Source: Tubiluchus corallicola | Lineage: Eukaryota; Animalia; Priapulida | DNA: 64,000 nt | Reading direction: 5' to 3' | NCBI GenBank assembly: GCA_030141605.1 | Contig: JAQGDQ010000204.1 | Span: 248,001-312,000, forward strand | Shown here: positions 1 through 12,265 of the stretch, piece by piece | Layout: every line of letters starts with the position of its first letter | How positions within the stretch are numbered: the first letter of the stretch is position 1 | Translations under genes and position numbers: made by a program | The notes under the pieces: model-generated | Seen by the model: only the letters and a program-made list of their open reading frames with translations | The model's database searches: none | What the model was told of the DNA's origin: nothing

Positions 1-377
1 TGAAACTACTATTTCATTAAATGTCTTCTTATAGCATAGCAAATTTGCACAAATGGACTTTGTAATTATTGACTCATTGCTACTCTGTCTAGTTTCTACT
101 ACAAAAACGCATAAAAGCACTCTTGTGCAAAATATGAAACGATTGCGCAAGAGAGCTGAACACGTGTACTATCCGTATGACGAAACAAATTCAATACCAA
201 CGTAATTACACTAATTATTACAATAAATGGGCCTATGAAAATGAAAGCAAAGCGTTACCTATTCCTATAATCTAAGAAATTAGCAATATCATTAATACAC
301 CTTTGTCAGAAATATAAATGCAATTATGAATATTTAACGTGGAGCTAAATTAGCAGCAAAATAATTTTTAATCTTAC

Positions 378-783
378 CGGTATGCGTTCTTACGTGGGCT
401 TTTAAATGTGAGCCCTTTCCATAAGTTTTGTTGCATCCTTCAAACGGGCACTCGTATGCGGTCGCTTTGTCTTGTTCTGTTCCAGGGTGAGACGGCCGCC
501 CCCCTGCACGCCTATATGCTTTCCTAGTCCAGGGGTAGCGCCTATCAGGCGACTCGCACAAATCGAATGGCGTATTGGGCACAGGTTCCTGCTTTATACG
601 GGCCAAGTCGGCCAGTATTCGGGCTACCATATCCAACGTTGGTTGCACAGTGCCCGGAGGTTTGTCAGGGGGACTAGGTGAGCATTTATTGTCAGAATGT
701 GTTACAAAATGACCTCCGTTTGAAATAGCTAGTAGGCAGTCAGCAGCCAAGTTCATCTCATAATCTGGATAAAACTGAGACAT
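378..783 (-). CDS. KLF13: Kruppel-like factor, KLF9/13/14/16 subgroup, first coding exon (remaining zinc-finger exon(s) not seen in the window)
   Basis: ATG at 783 (MSQFYPDYEMNLAADCLLAISNG, Sin3-interacting AAxxL helix); VARILADL motif as in KLF13; zinc finger 1 CPFEGCNKTYGKGSHLKAHVRTHTG followed by a phase-1 GTAAG donor at 377. KLF9 versus KLF13 orthology cannot be resolved. Confidence 0.9.
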
Positions 784-931
784 CGTAACACGATCTTTAT
801 GCTGAAGATATATAAATCCTACTACACGTAACAAGACTGTTTAGCAAAGTAGACTGCTCGTAGGCTGCCCGCTCAGCAACCTTCTTTGTTCAGTCTTACG
901 CCGGCAACTATTGACACATTTCACTGCAGTG

Positions 932-1001
932 TGACGTCGCGTGAACGGGTGGGCGTTTCTAATGTTCGGGAACTCGTGTATAGCATCTACAAAACGGGGC
1001 G
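932..1001. promoter_or_regulatory. Candidate KLF proximal promoter: CRE-like site plus GT/GC boxes
   Basis: TGACGTCG at 932-939, GGGTGGGCG at 947-955 and GGGGCG at 996-1001, 150-220 bp upstream of the KLF ATG in otherwise AT-rich DNA. Confidence 0.4.
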
Positions 1002-3479
1002 TTAACTTCCGAAAAGATTTCTTAAGTACGGGTAACACTCTGGGCATTTTCTTTCCCGCAATCATGTTCATCACAATATCGTTGGCGAAAACATAAGCTT
1101 CTATGCAATTTGCTTGCGCCTTTAGGTTCAATGCCTTATTTATGTAATTATAGATAAAAGCACTGAATATTTGGATTTGCATTCGTACAGCGCTATAAAT
1201 TTTAATTGCCGAAAGACCTGTTGAGCTTGCAGTATGCACTCTATGGCGGGAAACTACTTAAAGCAGTATGATGGCAGAAGTCTGGTATTAAAGTTTAATT
1301 AAATTTGGGCTTTTAACATCATTAATAACAACCTTAACAATGAGACTGTGGTAATTAAAAGAAAGCCCACGTTAGGCTTCAAACTTATCGAACTCAAGCT
1401 TTATTTTTTTGCATTCTTTGTGGCATTATACGTATAACTCTGTGCCTGTGGTATTCACTTGCTACAGGATAACCTGGGTGCTATAAATTAAGCAAACTTG
1501 AATATTAAAATGTTAAAATGGCCTTATCAATACATGTTACCGTTTACTGGACAACCAGTCAGCCGTTTTCCATATCTGTATCTACACTGGTTGGTAAAAT
1601 GCCATACCAAGACAAGAAAGCCTATAAGATAAGATACTTTAACGCACCAAGACTTTAGTTATAAATTTAAGTTGAACCTTTAAAGCGACATTTTCTTATA
1701 ACTATCATAGGGAATTAGTGAAAGTATAAACTTACCGCTAAATTATTATATATTAAAAAGTCTGATAAAGTTGTGACAAAATCGCGAAAAGAATTCAACA
1801 ACATTGCCGCTCACATATTCTACATGCGACTTATTTAAGTCTCTGATAACGTACTTTTTTGCACTAGTGTAATTTTTTCGCCTTTTTCTTTCTTTCTCTT
1901 TTCTTCTTGTGCTTTTCACACATTTAACAAATTAAATTTCCAAGAAAGGAAAAGATGTCAGGCACAAACACATGTGAGCGCTGAGGCACTCGCATTCTGG
2001 AGCGGCCACCTGCTATTCCAAATCTTTTGCAAAATTTTGACTTTTCATTCGCAAGATTGGTTTTGTTGAAGATTTACGTCATAGAATGACTGGAAACATG
2101 AAACGGTATATTGTTATTGGTTTATTGTTATGTAACTTATGTTTATTGTTTATGTTATTGTTATTCTTTCGTGATTAGTGTTGCAACAAAACCAATTACG
2201 TATCGTTGTCGGTTCAACTATTAATGTTCGACTAATGTGACGCGCAGGTTGATTCGTAGGACGTACAGTTTCTGGCTTCAACAGAACAGTAAAAGGTAGA
2301 TAGAATGATTAACTCAATTTCAAGTTTAATGTACAAAACGGAATGGCTGTGTTCGTGGTCGAGTTACCATGCTACAGTTGAACACTAAAATGGACTAAAC
2401 AAGTTTTCATTGCCCTCAGTCACCGCTACTAACCTTTAACAAGAAAAACTCACTTCACCTCGCTTGGCAAACCGGACGTGTCTGCCTGATACAGAAAGAC
2501 AGGACGCATAGAGTTAGTATTGGGCGTGTATATGTTATGTTGTGAAAACAATTATCTTGTTGTAATATAAAGCAGGACAGCCTATTTAGAAGGTAAAAAG
2601 TTTTTCATATTCATAAAGACACACTTCATTTACGTTTACATGTATTGTGTTAATTATTTGTTAGCTAGCTTTGTTAGTTAGAAATTTCATTGTGACATTA
2701 ATTATAATTTTTGTAATCAATGTTTTACAGGTTTAAATCCAGGGTGTCTTTCTAATGTACACAATAAGTAGACTGCGCGATAACATAAATAACAACCAGA
2801 AGAGGGACAGGGGAGGATTTTAAATCACACACCAAGTCACAAAGTTCATTGTTAGTTACAGCGCTCTGGTAAACATATCGATCTAACTGACTGTGGTGTA
2901 GCAAACACAACAAGCTGAAAAAGAGTTTTTTATGTGAGCATTAACAGCAGCTGGAAAACAAACTAATGTGTTATTTTAATGTGTACACTTTCAACACCAT
3001 AAAGTCATGCTATTTTAGTAATTATTATTCACTACTTGTACCTGTTTACTTACTATTACAAGCTCGAGAGGGGGCTAGTATGTCAGCCTACTGGAGGCGA
3101 TTACATATAGTAATGTGTGTATACTTTACTTGAATACGACCAAGAATCTAACGAAGTGTACATTTGGAAAATGTTGCTGATATGTTGAATTCACTCGCGT
3201 CTGTTAAGTTCATTTTTAAAAACAATCTATGAAACTAGTTTTTATAGCATTCAAATTGATTTAAGTGAAAAAAGAAATCCATGTTTCATTTGATCATATT
3301 AGAACCAAAAAAAGAGGATAAGAGCAGAAATCCCCCCACAGCGCAAAACTTTCATTTGAATTTTAATACCGCATCTACATGCTTGCAGAGAAAGTATTAG
3401 TGAGCTGATTGTCTCAGCAAACTGTCTATATATGAGTTGACTATCTATTTGACTGGTCGACTACCTGCCGGCTTTCGTG

Positions 3480-3655
3480 CCCACTGGCCTGACTGACTGA
3501 CTCACTCACTCACTCATTCACTGCTGACTGAACAAGCAACCAAGTAACCTGCCGATTGAACGACCGGTTAACTGACACTGACTAGTTGATTGACTGACTA
3601 ATTGATTAACTAACTGACTTTCTTTCTTTTACCTTTTGGTTGACTGACTGACCAA
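3480..3655. repeat. Degenerate tetranucleotide microsatellite (CTGA/ACTC)
   Basis: Runs of gact, cact and tgac units. Confidence 0.7.
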
Positions 3656-3803
3656 CCCTGCTGAGCCCCAAGAAGATGTACCCAGCCAATCTACTATCTG
3701 ATTATTTCCTGCTATGGTAAGTAATCGCTAACTTCAGAAAATCTTACATAAAAAGACTTTCAAGTTACGTATTAACTAAAAAACGTTCTGTCACTAAAAT
3801 AGG

Positions 3804-6800
3804 ATGGTTGAACCAATAGAAATGGTGGGAACAGTGATAGAAGCAGTCAACACTGTGTATGATGTAATTCAAGAGGTTCGAAGTCATAAGCGGCGTTGTG
3901 CTACACTGAGCAATAAACTGCAAGCCATTGAACAACCTCTGCAAGAACTGCGCAGCGAACCTAGAGAAAATCAAGCAAGGTTTGCCAAAGCTCTTGAAGC
4001 ACTGCTCAACGTATTAGACGGTAATTTTGCAGTAACTTAAAATATTTACAGATTACATATAACAAAGATTTGGAAACAAAATTTCAGTGATTGTTGGTAA
4101 TTTAGTTTTTTCTTTGCTTGCTTGTTTGTTTGTTGCTTGGAATCTTTGCTTTCTTCGTTCGGTCACTCGCTCGTTCATTTTTTCGTTCGTTTGTTTGTTT
4201 AACTGTAATTGGCGCATTTCATCTTCCAAAGCCACAAAAATGCTGTCATCCAACAGCTTGCTAAACTCACGTTTAATTGTTATGGACGATAACGTTGTTT
4301 CTTTTATCAGTTAGACCAGTTTACTTGACACGAAGTTTTTCAGGTGCAAAGAAGTTTGTTACCAAGTTGAAGCAGATGAGTCTAGTCGAGAGGCTTGTGA
4401 AATATGACAAAATAAGGTACAAAGTTTATTATTAAACTTCGTCATTTTTGAAGTAAAATAATTTTCATTCTTAAAGGATATTATTTGTTCTTAAACACAA
4501 CCAGCCACACTTTGTTTCAGAAAGGCTTGAGTCCACCCAATATTGGTGTTATAATTACGAGACCTAGATACTAAATACTTCATAATGACCAGAAAAATAC
4601 ATGCTAGCTTTGTGAGACGATTAATTTAAATTGTGATACACAGGCAATCCTTAATTCCAATTCCATGTTATTAAAACATGTAACAGTACACCTAACTAGG
4701 TGCACTGTTTAGTTTATTAACTCTTGAATATAAGAAAATACAAACACGGACTTCACAGATCTTTCGCCTGATGTTACTCAGTAGAAACCTGCTACACGTT
4801 TTAATACTCTGGGGTGTGAGATTCTACTAAATAGCATCAAGTGAAAGATCTGTGGAGCCTTTGTTTGGTTTTGCGATATTGAAGAGTTAATAAAATAAAT
4901 AATACACTTTATGTACTGCGTTACACTTGACTTGTCCTGAGCTCCAAGGACAGCCAATTAAGAAGTTTCAAAACTTTTAACGAACACAACTTTCATAGAG
5001 ATCTTGAACAAGTTCTTTTCTCTGTGATTGACGTGTTTGATAACGTCGATGATAAACAATGGGCTCACGCTTAGTTTATAATATTTTAAGCGCACACGCC
5101 CCGCTTAAGACCAAGATTGCGAAAGCATTGCAACCACCCTTCATGAATAGTAATCTATGGAAAGCAGTTATCCATAAGTCAAGACAGTTAAATCGCTGCA
5201 GAAAGTGTCCAACATCGAATTGGCATTGCTACAAACAAAGAAATCACTGTACATCCATTAGACACCAGTCAATAATCGATACTTACTTACAAAAAATAAA
5301 CATTTCTTGAAAACTGTAAAACCTTTTATACCAAGTAGGAGAAATATGGCTAGTGATGTTAGAGTTGTCGCTGACCAAAGATCTTATGTTAAAATTGTGC
5401 CAGTTTTTGATGTTCAAATACCCAATGATTCAAACCCTGCGTCATTTGTTCATAGATGTGAGACACGTTTTCAAATTCACCTAAGTATTACTAAGATATT
5501 AGAAAAGTTCCCTGATATTAGTGAATGTAATTTCAGCAAAATTTCACATCACATTACTAGAAAAGTTCTTAGTGAAGTAATTGCTAAATCTTGTGGTCAC
5601 GATGGGTCAAATTTTGAAAAGTTGTGCTGACATTTTAAATAGACCACTAACAAACATTTTTAATACCATCATAGAAACAACTTCATTCCCATCATCATGT
5701 AAAAATGCAAACATTATACTATTATACAAAAAATATAATGCACTTGAATGTAAAAATTACAGGCTTGTAAACATTCTTATTACAACGTAGTAGGTCAAAA
5801 TTCTATGAAAAACTTTTGCGTCAAAAGCTTTCGTCGTTTGTAAATGGTATTCTACATGAAAATGTGTTTGCCTTCCGTCAAGAAAGTAGTTGCCAATCTA
5901 TGCTACTCAAACTGGTCGAAAACTGGAGGACTGCTCTTGACCATACCAACATGTCTGTTGGTGCGGCACTAACAGGTGTTTCTAAAGCCCTTTACAGCAT
6001 GTCTTATCCACTTTTAGTAGTAAAACTGAAAGCTTACGGAATGAGCGAAAACGCAACGGCATTAATTGGCAGTTACTTCATAAACCGCAAACACAGAGTA
6101 AACTTGTCATCTCTCAACATAGTTAGCGAATGGTTATAGATTACAAACGGTATCCCCCGAGGAGCCATTTTCGGGCCTGCTCTTTTTTTATACCTTCATT
6201 AACGATTTAACCTATTTTATTGAAAATACTTCACTGTTTAATTACGCAGATGACAATACATTATCAGCAACAGGTGCAAAGCCAAGGAGAGATGACAGTC
6301 ATCCTTGGAAATGACTTAACTAACGCCATCAACTGGCTTCATTTAAATGACTTTGAATCCAACCCTAGCAAGTTTCAATGTATGACTGTTTGTTCTAAGC
6401 CTTCTCAGTCACCATCACTTTTGTATGCTGATGACACAAATACTGAAGGTAGTAAAACAGTGAAATTACTTGGTATTCACCTGGATGAAAATCTGTCATT
6501 TGCAGAGTCACTAGCTCTATTTGCAGACGCGCTGCAGAACAATTAAATGCGCTCTTTCATCTTTCTCCGTACCTCGATGCAAAAGCCCGCTTATTAATCT
6601 ACAAAACGCTTATACTATCCAATTTCAGTTACTGTCCTGCTGTTTGGCATACCTGCGGACAAACAAACATCTAAATACTAGAAAAAATCCTTGAAATTTA
6701 TCTTACTCAAAAAAGCCACACTGTCCACTCTTGAGGTACGGCATATCAAAAACATAGCAATTGAAAATTTCTGTGGTGTTCATCACTTAAATTCTGATGG

Positions 6801-9800
6801 CGTTATAGGGTGGTTTACCCTTAGGCAATCAAGTTATAAACTGAGAGGTGCAAATGTTGTAACTGTGCCACGTGGTAATAAAACCAAATCTGATTTGCAC
6901 TCTTTCAGGCACTATGGCGCCACATTATGGAACTCACTTCCTAAAAATATGAAAACCGCAGCTGATTTTAAAATTTTTAAATCTTTGATAGACAAATGGC
7001 AATCTACTGGCTGTCGTTGCGACTTTTGCTACTAAAGCAAAATCTTTAAAATATATGTGCTAGTTTTATAAATTTTTAGTGAAGTTCTGGTGTTTGAAAT
7101 CAAAAACTGCATTGTAGCTTTACATTATGCATTTTTATTTCGATTTTTTTAACTTCCTTTCTGTTCTTTTAAGTGTCATGCAATCCATAAATTTGAGAAT
7201 CTATATTTTTAACTAACTTGTTTGATTTTGTTACTTTTAACTGTAGTTTTGTTTCAATATTTCATTTTACGATATCACTCAATCTTTTTTTTTTGTATAC
7301 TAGTCTTTATTACCTGTATTTTAATGAATTTTATCGTCCGTGAAGACTAACACTTGTGCTAATATCTTTTTATGTAAAACCGACCATAAATAAAGTATGC
7401 ATGTATGTATATATGTATGCATTATTTTTGTTGTTGTCTTGTGATGTTATAGCTGTATATTCTATAAGCATGTCTTCGACTTTTTAGAAGTTCTTTTGAC
7501 GAAATCTATACGGGACTAACAAGAAGCGAACATGATCTTATGCTTGGATTGCTGTCTTCCAACAGACAAGTTTTGCATGATATTAAAAAGGCCATGGTAT
7601 GTGTCATTTTTCACTGAAATTAAAAGATATGCACAGTAAACTAATAAACCAGTTGATTTTCATATAATCAATTATCAACCTAACTCATGGTTTAGGTTAA
7701 TGACTGGTTAATTTATAAACCCATAGGTTTAAATTAATAAACCAGTTAGTTTTCACATAATTAATCATCAACCTAACTTATGGTTTAGGTTAATGACTGG
7801 TTATATTATAAACCCAGAAATTTATTAGTTAACTGTGTATATTTTATGGTTTCAGTGATGAAATTAAAGTACAGTGCAGTGAAATCAAAAATTTCACTCT
7901 ACTGTTGATAGGTGGCTTTGATCGATTGTTTGCTACTAGGGTGACAATTGGGACCAGCTTTGCCAGCTTGGATTATAGGTTAAAGCTAAACGGTAAATAA
8001 CCTGCTGTGTAATTCGGGGTTCGGAGTTCGAATTTTGGTTGGTCCCAAGTTTTTCAGCGCCATCTCTTTTCAACAATTTACTGTGCATATCTTGTGATTT
8101 TTGTGATGGATATTTGTCGCAAATGGAGTGTTATATTTTTTAATCTTTTTCGTTGTTAATTCGTGCATTTGAGATCTGTGAATAACTTCTATTTAATTTC
8201 AGGAAAAAACGTTTACTCCAGCGGATGATAAGCAGGACTTTATGGATGATGTAAATGAGATTTCTGCAGTATTGAAAACTTGTGAAATATGTAAGTCATT
8301 TGAAAATCATAGCCGTAAGTTGACCTTGTCTGTCTTTTAGAGATTATTTCTAAGATACTGTCTAAACTAAATGTTACAACTTCAATGTACAAAGATAAAA
8401 CAGAAAAGAGGCAAATTAATAAGTAAATAAGAGGCAGTGGAAATAAACCAGGAAATATCTGGATGAATGAACGATGCTTATAGTGTGGACGTGTGGATGG
8501 GATGACATTGTAGACGCTGGATAACTTACATTATACATAAACCTACCTGTCGTGCAGAAATGCCACAAACATCAGCCTGAATTATGTAGTCTTTTGACAA
8601 ACTGATGCTGATTTTCTTGAGTAGTCCTTTGCATTTTTGAAAGTAAATGGTGATGTGGGTGCAGTATGCCAGCAGTTGACAAAACTTATTTACCTTTCAC
8701 ACAGTCACAATCATAATACATAATGCACTTTTGTGTATACACTTCGGCACACTGTAAGCTACATTCCAGCACTCAAAGCCAGTGCTTACTCGACAAAATG
8801 TTTGTAGAGAGAGACCAGGATCTCACTCATTATCAAGGATATCCCTCTAAGATGAGCTGCTGAAACAACAGGATTGTCTCAGCCACATTAACATGCATTT
8901 GCATCATCCCTCTACAAGGCAAAAACCAGGATTTAAGAATGATACATCCAGTGTGAGCATGGAACTCATGTTGGCCACAAACCACACACATAAGACGTGC
9001 ACCTATCTGCTCAGCCAAGAACTCACTACTGTAACTCGTCGGTCTTGCATTTGGCACATTTTCAAAAGCAGAATCACATTCTTAATAAGGTTAATACAGT
9101 TAAAACCTATCTGCAGTGCAAAATGCTAATAACACTTTTTGTTTCGTAAATGATTACAGATATGGCAGACATGAGCAAGTACTCTGACGAGGATCGTGCA
9201 AAAATTGCAAGCTGTATTAGTGAACTGAATAATACGCTGCTTAACTTGAATGTCGAACCAGTTGTAAAAGACAGCGGTGTTAGTGAAAGACCAACAGTGA
9301 AATGCCATGGTGTAGTATGTGTTCAAGAGCTTGTTGAAGAAAAAGACGCCTTGATAGATGAGAACGATTTGAATGAAATAGCAGCATCATTGTCATGTGC
9401 ACTGGATATTCTTCCTACTGCAATACAACAAGAAGACAGGCGTTTAGTTGAAGTTTTTGCTGCCGTCCTGGGTGAAAATGATCTTAACAGCGAAGGAAAG
9501 GTCAGTTGATGTCAGCTTTTTGAGTTTTTGAGAATTTGAGTTAGCTTTTTGAAGTTTTCATTTTCGTAAGACAAGTACAAAAAAGTTATGAATGAAGAGT
9601 CATAGATGTCGAGCAATCAATTTGAAAGACAAGTGGGTGAACTTAAAAAAACATTTATCAATTGCTGTTGTAGTTTCCATGAGTTTAAGTTTCCGTAAAC
9701 TAGTAAGCTAAAATAAGAAATCTAACTAATAAGCATAATGACTCAGAATGTGCATAATCAAGGGGCGCTACTGCTACACTGCTTCATTGTAAACCAATAC

Positions 9801-10171
9801 AGTTTTATGTATTTGAAAAATAAACACAAAGTATGCAATGCAATACATCTTCACAATTAGCTGCTTAGTGGCTTTCAATATATGATGTTCCTTTGTTCAT
9901 GTAAGCCTTGATGGATATTTCACATTCTAAGTTAACATTCATTGCACTACTACAATTCCCCTTCGCTATAATGGAGTTTAATGTTTATTTGTTGACCAGT
10001 GCTTTTAATAAGCATAGGCTATTCTTCCTTTATGAATTTTATATTTTATTTACGAAGTTATACCATCAGAATGGTATTTTTCAGGATGGGAAGACCTTGC
10101 TTCAGCTTGCAGAGGAATCTTCAAACTTAGACATCCTCAATACTTTGAACAAGCTTAGAGTTAATGCGTAG
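3804..10171 (+). CDS. MLKL N-terminal (4HB/HeLo-like) domain protein with C-terminal ankyrin-like repeats, 304 aa
   Basis: Exons 3804-4020, 4344-4416, 7488-7596, 8203-8290, 9160-9500, 10085-10171; all GT-AG, phases compatible, 915 nt open to TAG. N-terminus (..[74 protein letters not shown]) follows the MLKL 4HB+brace pattern; C-terminus LNSEGKDGKTLLQLAEESSNLDILNTL fits the ankyrin consensus. AATAAA at 10520. Confidence 0.8.
4680..4925. mobile_element. Fold-back/MITE-like palindromic element in intron 2
   Basis: tttattaactcttgaatat pairs with atattgaagagttaataaa; cacagatctttcgcctgatgttactcagtagaa pairs with ttctactaaatagcatcaagtgaaagatctgtg. Confidence 0.7.
4950..7420 (+). mobile_element. 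Decayed 5'-truncated CR1/L2-group LINE (ORF2 reverse transcriptase remnants) in intron 2
   Basis: Frameshifted fragments: FPSSCKNANIILLYKK..NYRLV, FAFRQESSCQSMLLKLVENW, GIPRGAIFGPALF, YADD codons at 6243-6254, LLGIHLDENLSF, LWNSLP..CRCDFC; 3' AATAAA then a (TATG)n-like tail near 7390-7420. Confidence 0.9.
7611..8095. mobile_element. MITE-like element with inverted repeats and an internal tandem duplication (intron 3)
   Basis: Perfect 17-bp inverted repeat aagatatgcacagtaaa (7624-7640) / tttactgtgcatatctt (8077-8093); two ~90-bp tandem copies at 7643-7816; a second degenerate inverted copy near 7820-7858. Confidence 0.6.
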
Positions 10172-11084
10172 ACTAAGCTGGAGTTCATTTGATTTATGAT
10201 CTGACCTTTACGATTTCGTCTTCATGTATATGATTACTATTGTTCCCAGTTAATATACAGTGTCAATGGTACATAATGTTTTTCTAGAGCGTTGTCAAAA
10301 ACAAAGAACAGTAACACTGACGAAATTAGTACATTGAAACACTGGAGAATCTTATGCAAAATCTGCAATGTGTGCTGAAAGTCCTTGATCTTTCTATTGT
10401 CCTATTTGATCTTCCTATTATCCTATCATTTAATCTGTGTCAGGGCTTGTACATTCAAGCACTGAGTGATTGTGGGGTGCTATATATCCCCTGAGTATTA
10501 GCATTCTAAATTTCTAATCAATAAAATTTTTATATTGCTCCCTCTTTTCCTCTCTTGGCAAAACATTGAACGTCCATCACCCAACACCTGTGTCTGTCGT
10601 TTATATAGGAAATGGGCTCAAGAAACAAGGCAGAATCACAAATGATGAAATTTTGTTTATGTTTTCATTAATATTTTTACAAATTTTGGTTATTATTCAT
10701 AATTATTACACGTTTTGCATTTTGTGTTTTGTTCACTTTATTTTGGTGGTACTCTGTTTTTGTTTACAGTGTAATTGTATAAATAATTAAACCAATACGT
10801 AAAGCAACGTGAGTATCCTATTTTTGATGCTGAATTCCTAAATGTTGTTTATCTGTTAATCTAGGTGAATTTATACTACAGTAGAGTATGTGCAAGTCCA
10901 AGTGCCAAAGAAGCAGTTTGTTTATGCAATCATTTTGTTTATGCCTTTATTAACATTTTCTAACATAATGCGCGGTTATCGAATTATTTATTTTTGTATT
11001 TATATTTATATTTATTTTATTTATTTAGTCAACAAGGACCATTTAAAATTTACAAAGTACAAACTGAAATACAGTGGTGCAACA

Positions 11085-11270
11085 TTTTATAATAATTGAA
11101 AGTGAGATACAAAGACTTATGCAAGGTGAGACCTATTTAACAGCCTGTCCCTATATTGGAACAGGTTGCTAAATGGGTCTCACCCTACACGAGTATTCTA
11201 AGCTAACATTTGTATTATAGTTGTAATTCTTTTAATTGTCTGTGTATCTCACTTTCAATTATTATGAATA
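11085..11270. repeat. Fold-back element with central 60-nt hairpin
   Basis: ataataattgaaagtgagatac pairs with gtatctcactttcaattattat; inner stem-loop at 11125-11184. Confidence 0.75.
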
Positions 11271-11440
11271 ATATTATTACATCATAAACACAAGCAACAT
11301 CCAAATATAAATTTTTATCGTGTAGCCATAACTTTTCAGCTAGATAGAATACGCTGTCTAAGACGATACACACAGTTTCTTAAAATCACATTAAAATGAA
11401 GTAAAAAATTACTACAATACATACACGAGGCCGAATCACC

Positions 11441-11900
11441 TTACTGATAATTAAGACGAAAAAGAAATTTCTTCAAAGCAAAATAATAAGCTGATTGTAG
11501 TAAACTGATCAAAATCGAAAGAGTCCACTCATACGAAGTTGTATAGTAAGAGCGAAACAGAGTTTGCTTTTCAACAGTTGAAGAGTTGGAACAAGTTCTC
11601 GATAAATAATTTGTTCTTGCATAAAATAACCTTCGCTGATCGTTTATGTCAAAAAAAGCAGAGATCGCCATTAGTTAATCGTCTGACATACAACCACAGG
11701 AGTGATACTTGAAAAGTTATATGGCATAAAATAAACACATTTGATTTTCTTACGATTCCAGACAATACCATATTCTCAGGCACATTTGGCACAGTGATTA
11801 ACGAGCGTCAAGACAAAGGTCATCAGCATTTTAAGTAAATTACGACAAGTAGCTGACGCAAATTTAAATAATTGTTTAGACAAATCATCCACTTAAAGAA
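11441..11900 (-). mobile_element. Decayed non-LTR retrotransposon fragment (post-RT region, RTE-X-like)
   Basis: Translation QRRLFYARTNYLSRTCSNSSTVEKQTLFRSYYTTSY resembles the R..Y.R.N.L.R.F..CS..VK..LF.SYC pattern; interrupted by stops. Confidence 0.5.
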
Positions 11901-11974
11901 ACACCCCCTTTGAGATCTCAAGACAGTCTTACACTAGCTGTCACGGTGTCAGCTAGAAGAATCGTAGAAGAATC

Positions 11975-12200
11975 AGCATTTGGTGTGGTGAGCGTGCTTT
12001 TGCCAGTGCAGCTCCACATGAATGGAATCAACTTCCTCTTAGCTTGCGAAATTGCTTTTTAAACTAGTCTTGTTAACTTATTTTTTTACTGTTGTGTTTA
12101 ATTAATGTGCCTGGTGAATTTTTAAGTATTTTTCTGACTGCTCCATATGCTTGTGTGTTTATATTACTACGTGCTTATATATTTGTTGTAGTCACTCATT
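11975..12200 (+). mobile_element. 3' fragment of an L2/CR1-type LINE
   Basis: Reads GERAFASAAPHEWNQLPLSLR, the typical ORF2 C-terminal motif, followed by T-rich UTR-like sequence. Confidence 0.6.
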
Positions 12201-12220
12201 CTAAATTTGTGCTTTTAGGT

Positions 12221-12227
12221 ATGTGTG

Positions 12228-12259
<32 letters not shown>

Positions 12260-12265
12260 TGTGTG
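12221..12265. repeat. (TG)n/(CGTG)n microsatellite
   Basis: Directly visible. Confidence 0.95.

Noticed and set aside
784-834. N-terminal extension of the KLF ORF in the ORF track
   Set aside because: Begins at a non-ATG codon; the ATG at 783 places the Sin3-interacting motif near the N-terminus as expected.
841-1239. 132-aa ORF upstream of the KLF gene
   Set aside because: No recognisable motif; overlaps the probable KLF promoter/5' UTR.
7643-7816. Possible CRISPR-like repeat array
   Set aside because: Only two contiguous tandem copies without unique spacers, in a eukaryotic intron.
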